Assembly: GCF_006345805.1 (NCBI RefSeq)
Contig: NC_043020.1
Span: 20,088,001 to 20,152,000 of the forward strand
DNA length: 64,000 nt
DNA from: Octopus sinensis
Taxonomy: Eukaryota
Direction of reading: 5' to 3'
In this document: positions 14,398 through 25,832 of the stretch, one piece after another
Position numbering within the stretch: position 1 is the stretch's first letter
How the letters are laid out: each line of letters starts with the position of its first letter
Made by a program: the position numbers and the translations under genes
Notes under the pieces: generated by a model
Told to the model about the DNA's origin: nothing
Database searches by the model: none
What the model saw: only the letters and a program-made list of their open reading frames with translations

Positions 14398-17300
14398 GCA
14401 GACCAACAGACAGACAGATGAATAAAGACTGATAAAATAATCATGAAACAAATAAAAAAAAAAGACATGACTAGCAAAAATCCTTGCAGCCCATGCCTCA
14501 CTTTAGCCAGAGTCTAATGACTGGAAACAGCAAGAGAATAAAAATAATTCTTTGGCAAAGAAAGTCATGTACATATGTGTGTATGTCTCAGTGTGTGTTT
14601 ATATGTTTATAGTCATGTATATGGCTGTGTGATTGTTTAAGTATTTTTGTATATATATATGTCTCTCCAACACATTAAAACTTTGCAGTACATAGAATGG
14701 TGGGTGAGATGTGTTGTTGTTGTTGTTGATGCTGCTGTTACTGCTGCTACTACAGCTGCTGCTCCCACTCCTTCAGTCAACTCTCATTCAGCAGACCTTC
14801 CAGCAGTGGCCACTTAGCCTTTATCCTATAAGTTGGAAAACCCAGGGATGCATTTTCCAACATGTCCTTTTATAAGATTGTGGGGTGTGATTTGAAGGAA
14901 ATTTGACTGCTGTTTCTGGTATGTTGAGTGACCACACCAAGGCTCATTTGTTAGTTCAAGTGGTTGTGAGTGAGAAGTAATAGCAAGTAACAGGTAATAT
15001 TTGGTGATTGTAATAAGTAGGTAGATTACTGAAATCAAAGAAAGAAATATTCTAAGAAATTATTTTTGATTCAATGTAACAGGGAAGAAGATTCTTGTGA
15101 TGAGAATAAAGCTGCAAAGAATATGAAGGAAGAATGTGAAACCAAATTGACACGCAAGAAAGGAGATGGTGAAGAAGAAGAACAAGAAGAAGAAAAAGAA
15201 GAAGAACAAGAACAAGAAGAAGAGGGGGAGGAAGAGGAGAACAAAGAAACGAGTGAACCAATTCAAGTAATTAAGGAAGTACAACTTATGTTTGATGTTG
15301 AAGCTGCAGAACTTCTACCAATTGTTGTAAAGTAAGTATAAAACATTGGAGTTCTGATAGAGACCCACCACCACCACAACCACCACCACCACCACCACCA
15401 CCACCACAACTACTACCACCACTCATTTGAATCATTCTCACCCATAATTTTCATCATCGAGATGGAACAGGTGTTTTTTGGTATTTGGGGCTTGACTTCT
15501 TTTTTTGGCAGAATGTTCCAAAAAAATAGTTCTCATCCAGATAGTTTTCAAAAGGGGTCCCAAAATGCATTGCAACATTTTAAAATATAATTTAAGACTT
15601 TACAAAATCTATATTAATACTTGAGTGCCTCGTATCATCATCATTCAACATCTGTTTTCCATGCTGGCATAGATTGAACAGTTTGATCAGAGCTAACAAG
15701 CAGTAGAGCTGCACCAGGTTCCACTCTGATTTGGCTTGGCTTCTGCAGCCGGATGACTTTCCTAACACCAGTCACTTTACAGAGTCTGCTGGGTGCTTTT
15801 TATGTGGCACCAGTAAGGGTGCTTTTACATGACACTGGCACAAGTCCTATTACATGGCGCTGGAATAGGAGCTTTTTATGTGATGCTAGCACAGAGCTTT
15901 CACAGGCCAATCCTCCTCAGAAAGAGGAGCAGCATTCTGCTGTGGAGGATGGGTCTTCTTGAGTACAGACAGGTCTTCTTGAGTACAGGACAGGTCTTCT
16001 TGAGTAATATGATGATGATGATCATCATGATCATCATTTAACATCCATCTTCCATGCATTCAGGGGTTGAACAGTTGACAGGAGCCAGCCAGATAGAAAT
16101 GTGTCTGTTTTGGTAGGGTTTTTACAGCTGGATGCCCTTCCTAACACCAACCACTCTGCAGAGTGGACTCAGTTCTTTTTATGTGGCACCAGCACAGATA
16201 AGGTTAGTTTGGGTATGATTTTTACAGCTGGATGCCCTTCCAAATGCCAACCACTTTACAGTGTGTACTGGATGCTTTTTGCATGGCACCAGCAAACCAA
16301 GTAAACTATAATAGTTTTCTGCTTATTTTCCTAAATTTTGAACTTTAAAATATAGTTTTAGGAAGTTTTATGTAAAGTGCACTAGTAATAATTAACTGTC
16401 AAGTGCACCAACAGCTCTTAATTATACATGTAAAGTGCATCTGTAATTTTTAAATATTCATGTGAAGTGCATTATATAACAAAGAAGCAAGCTTCTAAAA
16501 CCATCCAGCCATACCCATCATGACAGAAGTAGCGTTCTGCTGACAGAAATATACAAGTTTGTATTTATGTTGAAATTAGTGTAGAATCTTTATCTTTTAT
16601 TTGTTTCAATCATCAGATTATGGCTAAGCTGGTGCATCACCTTGAAAGAATTATTTGAACAAATTGACTCTAGTACTTATATTTTAAGTCTGGCACTTAT
16701 TCTGTCAGTCTCTTTTGCTGATATAAGTTACAAGGCCATAAACAAACCAACACCAGTTGTCAAACAGTAGGTGGAGAACAACATAAACTCAAAGACATAC
16801 ACAACATGTGAATATATGACAGGTTTCCACACAGTTTCCATCTACCAAATTTACTCACAAGGCATTGGTCAACCCAGAGCAACAGTAGAAGACATCTGTG
16901 CAAGATGCCATGCAGCAGGATTGAACCTGAAAACCAGTGGTTGCAAAGCGAGCTTCTTAACCACACAGCTACCCTTATACCTTTGTGTTATTTTGCTGAA
17001 GTTTTTTTATATAATTTGGTTCTAACTAAATTTCACTATTTTATATTTGCTTTTTCTCATCTTTATCACAGGGGTCGTTTGAAAAAGGGCCGATTTTTTG
17101 TTTTCCATAGTGGTGATGAACATGTCATACACTTGGTGCCATCACTCTCTTCACAAGAACATATTTTTGTCTCCGAGGAGGAACCAATTAAGGCTGAGGG
17201 AGCTTACCTTCAGGTAAGAACTCAACACAGGTTCAGTCTACTTCAGCTTTTCTTTAGTGAACACATAATCACTCTACTGCACAGTAAATGCCTTTGTAGT

Positions 17301-18797
17301 ACAGTAAAAGGTAGTAGGAGTTAGTGAACACATGTGTGTTATATAGACATGTCCAGTAAATCTACAATCTGCTGTCTTCAATCAGATACAGATAATTCAA
17401 TCTTCAATATGCTATATTCAGAATTGAGGCATAATTAGTAGAGCAGCAATCAGCAATGTCTTTTTGTAAAGATCCACTTTTGGCTGTATTTTTTTCACAT
17501 TTACCACTGACCCTCATGTATATTACATCACATTTCACATACAGAAATACTTCAACATATCTCCACCCACTTCATTTATACCACTAGCAATGCTGACTCA
17601 CTAGAAGTAGTTGATAGCTTTACTTATTTAAAAGTAATTAGCAACGGAAATGGTTGCTCTGAAAGTATAGCAATCAAGATAAGAACAGTTTGGAGAAAGT
17701 TCAGGGAGCTGCTACCACTACTGACAGCAGAAGTCTTTTCCTTTAAAGTGAAAGGCAGATTGTATGATGCCTGTGCTAGAACTACAATGCTGCATGGTTG
17801 TGAGACATGGGACCCAGAAGATTGGAAAGAAATCAAGTGAGCATGCTCTATTGGATGTGTAATATAAGTGTACATAAAAATACACAGCCTAATTGTGCTG
17901 AGGGAAAAACTGGATATAAAAAGAATCAGATGAAGTGTGCAAAAGAAAAGGTTGCACTGATATAGACAGGTGGTATGCATGTTTGCAAAAATTAAACAAA
18001 TTATGACACAAGAGACTCTCTAAAAGCCATCAAATGCTTGATGGTTTCAATTACATTAAATTTGAATAATTTTTTGAAAAGGTCAGAGATCCACAGAGAA
18101 CTCCTTAATGGCTAGCTTGTAGGCTGTGGACTACATGTTGCCAACCTCTTCAGTAGAGCATATGATCAATAACTTGCAGGTAGTAGGAGTTATTGATCAT
18201 ATGCTCTACTGAAGAGGTTGGCAACATGTAGTCCACAGCCTACAAGCTAGCCATTAAGGAGTTCTCTGTGGATCTCTGACCTTTTCAAAAAATTATTCAA
18301 ATTTAATGTAATTGAAACCATCAAGCATTTGATGGCTTTTAGAGAGTCTCTTGTGTCATAATTTGTTTAATTTTTATGTTCTGAGTTCAAATCCTGCTGT
18401 AGTCAACTTCACCTTATATTCTTCAAAGGTCAGTACTCTGAGTACCGGTCAAATATTGGGTTGATTTATCCAACTTCTTGTTTCTTCCAAAATGTGTAGC
18501 TGTGTGCCAATTCTAGAAATCAACATACTTTGTTCAGGGTGATATGATAATCATGTTACAAGGTTATAACCAATTCAAATATGTTTGGGACATGTTTTGA
18601 TCTCATATGAAAGCCATTCACTGTATTTTGTCATGGAGAAAACTTCTCATTGTAGTCAAATGGTATAAATATACCAAAATAGCTCACAGCACCACCTCCC
18701 AAGACCGAGATACAAGCATTTCAGAGTGGTTAATCATGTAATATGTACTTTTGTTAAATAAATACAAATTCAGTGTAAACACACACATATACATACA

Positions 18798-18832
<35 letters not shown>

Positions 18833-21800
18833 ACAATTTAAAATTGTATACACACAATCTTTTTCTCTTATTGCTTAATAATGAGGAAGTGCAGCACCCA
18901 TGAACTTTTTCAGGGTCTCTGAGATTGGTGAGAAGGAGGGAGAAAGGTTTACAGCATACTGGTACCTAAGAGCCAGGTGCTGATGTTAAAATGACCCAAG
19001 TGGTCTATGGCAGGATTTGAACTCAAAACATAAAAAGCTGAAAAAATACTGCAAAGCATCCTATCTCACACTTTAACAATTCTGTTCACCCACCACTCCA
19101 GACATTTTATTTATCAACCCAAAAAGGATGACAGGAATTGAACTCAGAATGCCAGAGGCCAGAATAAATTTCATTTAATGCACTAATGTTTCTGCCAATT
19201 TATTGTTAAGCACTGATCAGCCTTTATTATCCTGATCTATAATTAAAGGCTTTGCAACTCTGTCAATCAGATCTTATCTAAGAGTGAAAGTGCATGGCTG
19301 TGTTTAGAGCATTAGACTCACAATCATGAGGTAGTGAATTCAACTTCTGGATCGGGCTGTGTGTTGTGTTCTTGAGCAAGACACTTTAATTCACATTGCT
19401 CTGTCTATTCAGGTGTAGGAATGAGTTGTGACATCACTGGTGCCAAGCTGTATCGGCCTTCACCTTTCTCTTGGATAAAATTGGTGGAATGAAGAGGCGA
19501 GGCTGGTATGCATGGGCAGCTGCTGGTCTTGCATAAACAACATTGCCCTGACTTCTAACTTTCAAGATGCAACCCCATGGTCATTCATGACTGAAGGGGG
19601 TCTTTACCCTTTTTTATTTATCTAAGACTACATTGGCTAATATATCCTTCCTTTTTTAAGATGGTAGAGAGAATTTAGCTGCTCTTTGAGTTACTGTACA
19701 GAGGCCCCTTCATTGGCTCACCTGTAGGAAGTTGCTTATACAGACGTGTAATGTACCACAAGTCAATGATGGTGGCTGGCAAAAGCAGAGGCAAACTAAT
19801 GATAACTTAAGAAGTTGTGGTAATATCATTAAAAAACAAAACATTAAGCTACAATAAATATATACCTTCAAGTAGATGGCCCTGCTCAATCTCTAGAAAA
19901 GATGTAGGTAGAAACTCCATAAGATATACCTGGTGTAAGCTATGGACACATAAGAGGTGCAGAAATATCAAAGGAATGTTAACCTGATCCAGGAATCGAA
20001 TTCACTACCTCATGATTGTGAGTCTAATGCTCTAAACACTGAGCCATGCACTTTCACTCTTAGATAAGATCTGATTGATAGAATTGGAAAACCTTTAATT
20101 ATAGATCAGAATAATAAAGGCTGATCAGTGCTTAACAAGCACAAAAAAAAATATTTCTTAAAAGATGATGGTGACAACAATGACACTGTCTAATGATTGT
20201 GGAAATAATTTTGTAGTAATTATTTATTTTATTTTTCCAGATTTATTGTCCACAAAATCTTATTGAGAAAATGGAAGAAGAAGTGGAGATATTTGAACAT
20301 TTAGATGAGGTAACTTTACACACAACTTATCTATTACAAAAACTTTTCCTTGTTTAGTTTATAGGAGTAGTTCATAACTTTTATATAAGGAAGGACTACA
20401 AAATATAGTCAATGCAGAGCTTGAGGTAGTCAACATAATATAGGCGATGAGAGAAGAGATAAATGAGTGTCTTTTGGATTCAAGTGGATGTAGAATAAGA
20501 TAAGGTAACTTCTAGGAGCAGAGATAACAGTAGTAATGCCAAACAGGGCAGAGTGAAGTAGATCAGGAGTTGGAGTGTGTTAGTGAGCAATTCCACACCA
20601 ATCAAATAGGTGGCTTTTTAAAACAATTTTGATGTAGTCTAGGGTAGTGATTCTCAAGTACCCCCATGCACCAAAATATAGTAAAATCCCACACTTTTTT
20701 TTACTGAAGAAATACACAAAATAGAGTTTCTTTCCCTACAATCTTTCTTGTGCCAAGGTAATGGATAAGTTTAAAAAATTTAAAGCCATCTTAATATTAT
20801 TAAACAAGGCAGTTTGCCTGACTCTCAGATTCCTCTTAGGTCCCCCTCCACTCCTTTAAAGAACACTAGTCTAGAAATATTTGCATGTTTAGTAACAGTA
20901 GCACCAATCCTGATACTCCTGATTGAAAGCAGCATTCTGTTCTGGGTGGGTGTCTCTTGAATTTTATCAAAGGTTAGTGACATTTGGGAGCTGAAGAGGA
21001 AGGTTAATTTTTGTGATGGTATTTTTACTATGTTAAGTGTCAGATTTGCCAGAAGAGTTCACCATTTGGTTCCTCTCTTAAAAAACTAGTTTACTCCAAT
21101 TCAATAATCACCATAATCATGTATAATTTTCACATACTTATCATTGAATCATAAGTCACACTAACATAGAGAACTGGACAAAATGCTCTCATCATCATCA
21201 TCATTATCAACATTTAATTTCTATTTTCCATGCTAGCATGGGTTGGATGGCTTCACAGGAACTGGAAAGTCAGGGGCCACACCAGATTCCATAGTCTGTT
21301 TGGCTCGGTTTTATGGCTGGATACCCTTCCTAATGCCAACCATTTTACAGAATGTACTCGGCACTTTATACATGGCACCATCACCAGTGTTTTGGTGATA
21401 TAATTTGTGGTATTTAATTTTGTTCATTTACATGCCATGTCCAAATCTTGATGAGATTAACTGCATTTTGTCCTTTCAATTTTGTTAAAATAAAGTACCA
21501 GTCAAGTCTTCCTTTTCATTCTTTTGATAAAATAAGTACCAGTTGATCACTGTATTTCTCTCAACTAACCTCTTCCCACAAATTTCTGGCCTTGTGCCAA
21601 AATGTAAAACCATTGTAGTTATTATAAGTGGTGTTAGTATTGTTGTTAGTATCAAAGGACAAAATCAGTTGAGTGTTGGACTAAATTTTTGCCAATATTT
21701 AGTTTTTATATCTTAATTCACCAAACTATCAAGTTATTGGCATCAGATCTTCAGCAAATATTAAATTGAGACAGACTGCAGTCACATCTATAATTACACT

Positions 21801-22964
21801 ATTTTGATAAAATTTTCATTTTAATATGAAAACTTTAGTAAAGGCAAGTGTCAGGGATGTGAGTATTTAAAAAAAGGGGTTAAGCAAGACTTCATCACAG
21901 AATTATAAAGATTAGGTCGTTACCCATTGCAATACTGCCAGTAAAAATATTTGTTAATCATGCATGTACCTTCATAAATTTTTCAAAATGAAAGTCTTTT
22001 CTTACAAGTCTGTGTTGTCTATAAATTGAAAGACACAGAAACACACACAATCAAAAATAATAACTATATATATATAATGTATATACATATAGCCTTTCTG
22101 AAGTGTGAAGTGTGCTGCATTGTGTTGACAGACTTGCACTTAAAATTCCCACATTTTAAATCAAAATTCGTCAGTTACTGTGGTGATAACACTACCTATC
22201 TATCTAGCTATTTTTCACACACTCTCTCACTGTATTTCTCCTTCAACAAATTTTTCCTCCCCTTCTTTTACAAACATGACATATATTTTGATTCCTCCTC
22301 TTCTTTTCCTCCTTCTAATAGATTTTGTGGCAGACAGAGATCCATTTCTCTCAATCTGACACCACAACATTTTAGAAACTGCTGTATTTTAGAATACAGC
22401 AAGAAACTGCAAGTATAATACTATCTTGAAAATAATGCAACCATGTTTTTGTACCTAAAAATCAGTAATACATGCATTTTATCCTCTCCTTTTTTTATAC
22501 AATGCACCCCAACATTTTTACTCCAATGTTTTGTATTAAATTTCATGCATCAAATAAATTCAATACAATCCAATGGTAGACAGTTAGTAAAAGTGGACTT
22601 AATTAAGAGTTAGATCAAATGACAAGATTGATAAGAATAGAAAGCAATGATATATAACTTTTGCCTCTCACCATGACCATCCTTCTAAGCAATGTGAATG
22701 TAAAGAATGATGGTGGTGGTGGTGGTCAGAACTTCTATTCTAAAATTTTTAAAATATTTTTTTCTCTCTCTGTCTCTCCATTAGGGTATGCCAGAACTTC
22801 CAATAGTATTTCAGTTTAAGAATCCCAACATTTTTATCACCATAACAGACTGCATTGAAACAGTGAAGGAAGATGGAGTTGAAAAAGAACCAGAAGAACA
22901 GCAACAACAGAAAGAAGAAGACAAACCCAACAATGAAATGTCAAGACAAACAGAAGACTGTTAG
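3173..22964 (+). CDS. SUFU: Suppressor of fused-like gene, spliced CDS, 5'-incomplete. Exons 3173-3309, 4170-4321, 6066-6151, 11885-12040, 15083-15331, 17072-17213, 20241-20309, 22785-22964
   Basis: The eight exons total 1171 nt (1 nt + 390 codons including TAG) and join in frame through GT-AG introns. The translation carries SUFU motifs [62 protein letters not shown] and YLQ, collinear with human SUFU as I recall it. The N-terminal exons were not found and probably lie upstream of base 1. Confidence 0.92.
4170..4321 (+). CDS. SUFU: SUFU-like exon: [51 protein letters not shown]
   Basis: Acceptor tacag, donor gtaagt; GDH..WH and HML.TEDP motifs. Confidence 0.93.
6066..6151 (+). CDS. SUFU: SUFU-like exon: [28 protein letters not shown]
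   Basis: Acceptor aacag, donor gtgaat; 86 nt; matches SUFU IVGV..EEL.SAQ.W.G.GILELL. Confidence 0.92.
6560..9425 (+). mobile_element. Decayed R4/Dong-like non-LTR retrotransposon (RT, CCHC knuckle, restriction-like endonuclease), 5'-truncated
   Basis: RT motifs [25 protein letters not shown], (Y)MDDLKLF and YRYLG; [18 protein letters not shown]; [23 protein letters not shown]; many stops and frameshifts; ends at an (ATA)/(ATT) array. Confidence 0.88.
7483..7796. mobile_element. Solo LTR (314 bp) inserted in the R4/Dong ORF
   Basis: TGTG...CACA termini and a 5-bp TSD CAAGA (7478-7482 and 7797-7801). Removing the insert restores [17 protein letters not shown]. Confidence 0.8.
9587..10240 (+). 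mobile_element. Two identical tandem 3' ends of a second R4/Dong-like family, separated and flanked by (AAT)n
   Basis: 361-bp period (the ORF track shows identical antisense ORFs at 9604 and 9965). The sense frame reads [22 protein letters not shown]...[13 protein letters not shown], followed by a 3' UTR and an AAT tail. Confidence 0.82.
11885..12040 (+). CDS. SUFU: SUFU-like exon: [52 protein letters not shown]
   Basis: Acceptor ttttcag, donor gttcgt; ITD.R...FE..P and GI..DGSNL motifs. Confidence 0.92.
14313..14397. repeat. (GATA)n microsatellite
   Basis: Direct inspection. The window also has long (TG)n (1010-1110, 1484-1560, 3655-3730, 4023-4084, 12086-12174), (CT)n (2510-2563), (AAT)n (9432-9586) and (TA)n (50179-50238) arrays. 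Confidence 0.95.
15083..15331 (+). CDS. SUFU: SUFU-like exon: Glu-rich linker followed by [19 protein letters not shown]
   Basis: Acceptor taacag, donor gtaagt; the C-terminal part aligns with SUFU ESVHLKFNQESGALIPLCL. Confidence 0.88.
15630..16290 (-). mobile_element. Two RTE-type 3'-UTR/tail fragments, ending in (GAT)n on the minus strand
   Basis: Reverse complement of the motifs at the RTE 3' end (53900-54217): ccatgctggcat, gatgcccttcctaac, tttttatgtggcacc. Confidence 0.6.
17072..17213 (+). CDS. SUFU: SUFU-like exon: [48 protein letters not shown]
   Basis: Acceptor tcacag, donor gtaaga; matches SUFU GRLLHGRHF...EEHPY.A.G.WLQ. Confidence 0.92.
17610..17980 (+). mobile_element. RTE LINE fragment (post-RT region)
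   Basis: [26 protein letters not shown]...[22 protein letters not shown], homologous to 53330-53500. Confidence 0.8.
17987..18375. repeat. Perfect inverted repeat: 188-bp arms (17987-18174 and 18188-18375) with a 13-nt spacer
   Basis: Checked base by base with no mismatch; spacer tgcaggtagtagg. Confidence 0.97.
19203..20138. repeat. Imperfect inverted repeat with arms of about 155 bp (19203-~19358 and ~19982-20138)
   Basis: ttgttaagcactgatcagcctttattat...gtgaattc pairs with gaattcactacc...ggctgatcagtgcttaacaa, with few mismatches. Confidence 0.9.
20241..20309 (+). CDS. SUFU: SUFU-like exon: [23 protein letters not shown]
   Basis: Strong acceptor tttttccag, donor gtaact; 69 nt, phase 0-0; resembles SUFU ILLTEEFVEKMLEDL. 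Confidence 0.85.
22785..22964 (+). CDS. SUFU: SUFU-like terminal exon: [59 protein letters not shown]
   Basis: Long polypyrimidine tract plus cattag acceptor; open frame of 60 codons to TAG; LP....F......I.I resembles the SUFU last strands. Confidence 0.8.
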   Translation, partial: GMPELPIVFQFKNPNIFITITDCIETVKEDGVEKEPEEQQQQKEEDKPNNEMSRQTEDC

Positions 22965-24278
22965 AGAATTAAGTTGGTTGATGCAAGAAACACTAAACAC
23001 TATTGATGTTATCATTAAATAGATACAATGTTTGCATAATGTTCTAGATGAAATGAGTTTGCAAATTTAGACATATGTATAGTGTCTGAAACATTTTTCA
23101 CAGCTGGACACCTATCCTTCCTACTGGAGGCCAATTGACCTCCATAAGTGGGGGACCTGCTGTTGTCAACCAGGTAAACTGAAGCAAGTAGAGTTATGTA
23201 CCTTTGTCTAGTTACTGGTACAATGTTAATTCTAGCTCGTTCCTTATTCCATTACTAAATTATTCCCTTGCTATTTAGACAAAGAGGCTAAGTGTATAAG
23301 ATATTGGAGTATCAATCCATAGCTGCAAATCCATATAAACATTCAGGTCTCTGAAGCAGAGCCCTTTGACTTTATACATGTCAATTTAGCAAACTGTGAA
23401 GTTAATGGCATCAAGTCAGAGAATATTAAATTGTTCTGTTTAAAGCTAAAAAATGTCTTCTTCAAAATCCAGTTGACACAAGATGGGCTTCATACAGCAT
23501 TAACATTTCTTTTAAACTCTTTCATCAGTTTTGTGCAATTACACTGCCTTGTATCAAGATCATAACATAGCACTTGTCATTCTACAAACTAATGGCTTTT
23601 ATTGCCGCATTGCAAGAGTTTGTAGGGGACACATACACATTAGTCATTCTTCTTCAACCACAATATTCATGTATCAGTTATTCTCAACTCCAAATAGATC
23701 AACCGCAATTTCATATTGCAAGTTTTAGACCACTACACAAGAAAGTTGGTGACTTTTGTATCATATTTGGTATTTCCTATACACAAGCAGCAAGCTAATG
23801 TTTTCTGGTCAAATGAAATTCACAGATGATGATATTTCAGAAGCAGCATGAAAAGGCCATGAGTGCATAACTCACTTTTTTGAAACATAAATACACACTA
23901 AGTAACAACCGACATAAAAGATACCATCTGCCTCTCAAAATATGTAGTAATTTATCATTGTAAATCCTTCTAGAGATGAGATTAAATATGACATCATTAT
24001 ACAACACAGATTTATACAATAACTAGTCAAAGATGAGTATTTTTTCAATCTGATATTCAATCAATAGTACTAGGTCTTTAATCCTTGAGCATATTTCTAA
24101 CAAACTACTGTGTGCTTCAAATAATACTGAAAATAAGATTTGAATGAACTTAGAAATATAATTTGTTTTCTATCCATATTATTTCCAAAGTTTGAATTAA
24201 ATGAAGCCACGTGATGCAAAATGTTACAAACAGAAGTTACACAGGAGACCTCACTGTATGAAGGATGGTTAAATTCAA

Positions 24279-25832
24279 TCTCTATATATATAAAACTGAG
24301 AATGTGTCTGTCTGTCTGTCTGTTTCCCTAAAACTTGAGAACCACACAACCAATTTCATTCAAATTTTACACATGCCTTACTTAGGGTCCGGGGAGTGTC
24401 ATGGTAAAAAAAATGTTCAACTTCTTGCCTAGGGCAAGCCCATAGCAATATCATATCTTCTCCACTATGTCAGTATTACGTGTTAAAAGTGAAACAAAAG
24501 CATTTCTCTATTTTATGTCAGATACTTTCACTTTAACAATAAAAATTAGAGATAATAATAACAGCTGAATTATATGTAGTAAGTAATAATTAAAATCAAC
24601 TAAAGTATAATATAATAATTAAATCGTAACATAACAATTAAAAGTAAAAATAGCAATTGGTATAAAATTGCATCAATGACTTGAACTTGAATAAGTGGTT
24701 TCACATGAATGGGAATAAATTAAAAATAAAATGCGCAGAAATGGAATAGTCCAGATGGAGCTCTGCACATACCCTTTACCACGGCTTTTACATTAGATTA
24801 TCTGCTAATTAGCTAGCATTAAGTATCTATATGAAGTTTGGCTGTATGTAATGTCTGTTTTCTCGAACAGCTGCTTCTACTGAGTACTGCTGTTGGTTTA
24901 TTTCTTATACATAAAGGACTATAGCTTCAACTGCGTACTGCTTTTTGATTCACCGTAAGGTTTGTTGTTATTATTATTACTGTTTAACTATTGTTATCAT
25001 GTTTGTTGGTTCCTCGTAAGGGAAGCGTTGTTGTGTTGCATTTGTTAAATAATTGTAAACCGTAACCCTCCCCCTTTGTGAGAAGGAGCTTTGATTATTG
25101 TTTAAAAATTGAATTGTCCCTATTTGGGGAAACTGACAATATTTTCACTGTTTATACGGAAGCATTTTTGTTAAAATGCCTTCAATAGAAGAAAGTCCAA
25201 ATATGAATTTCGCTGCAGCTGTCGGCGGGCACGAACTCATTAAAATTAAAATGGAATCTAGGATAACACCACCAAACGAAATAAAAAATTAAATTAAAGA
25301 AAAGACTATTGTCTATAAAGTATACAATATAGAGAAAAAAAAAGATTTGAACACCTGGAGGAAAGCACCATCGAAAAGTGTCTTGGTGCGACTATAAAAG
25401 GTATCAAGTATCTAACCAGAGGTGGTAAATTTGCCACAATAGAAGCAAAGTTCGAGTCAACGGAGCGTGCAAGGGAGTACTCGACTCAAACCTTGCAAAG
25501 TGGAAATATTTTATTTTTACCTTTATATCTGGGATGTAGGATGTCCCGGATAAAAATTTAAAATGTCCCCCCAGAAATAGAGGTAGGCTGGATTGTAGCC
25601 ACACTTCTATACAAGAGGGAGGACAAGATACAATTGATCGAAATTGCAAGAGACGGGCTAACAATTCCAGTCTGTTATATATTTTGAGTATTGTTATCAC
25701 TAGCGATATCAAGATATAACTTTGTATTTTGTAGTTTATGTGTAGATGTATATATATAGATGTACATGTAATATGTACACATATATACATGCACTAGCAC
25801 TATGACCCGGTGTTGCCGGGTCATAATGCTAG
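24279..25832 (+). mobile_element. Non-autonomous Helitron, copy 1
   Basis: A|TC(TC)TATATATATAAAAC start followed by (GTCT)n; 3' hairpin tatgacccgg-tgttg-ccgggtcata (25801-25825), then CTAG|T; no TSD; highly similar copy at 60301-61762. Confidence 0.85.

Noticed and set aside
15950-16005. Three repeats of about 21 bp (caggtcttcttgagta), and similar short tandems at 6325, 50052 and 57587
   Set aside because: They have no unique spacers, so they are not CRISPR-like; they are ordinary slippage duplications.
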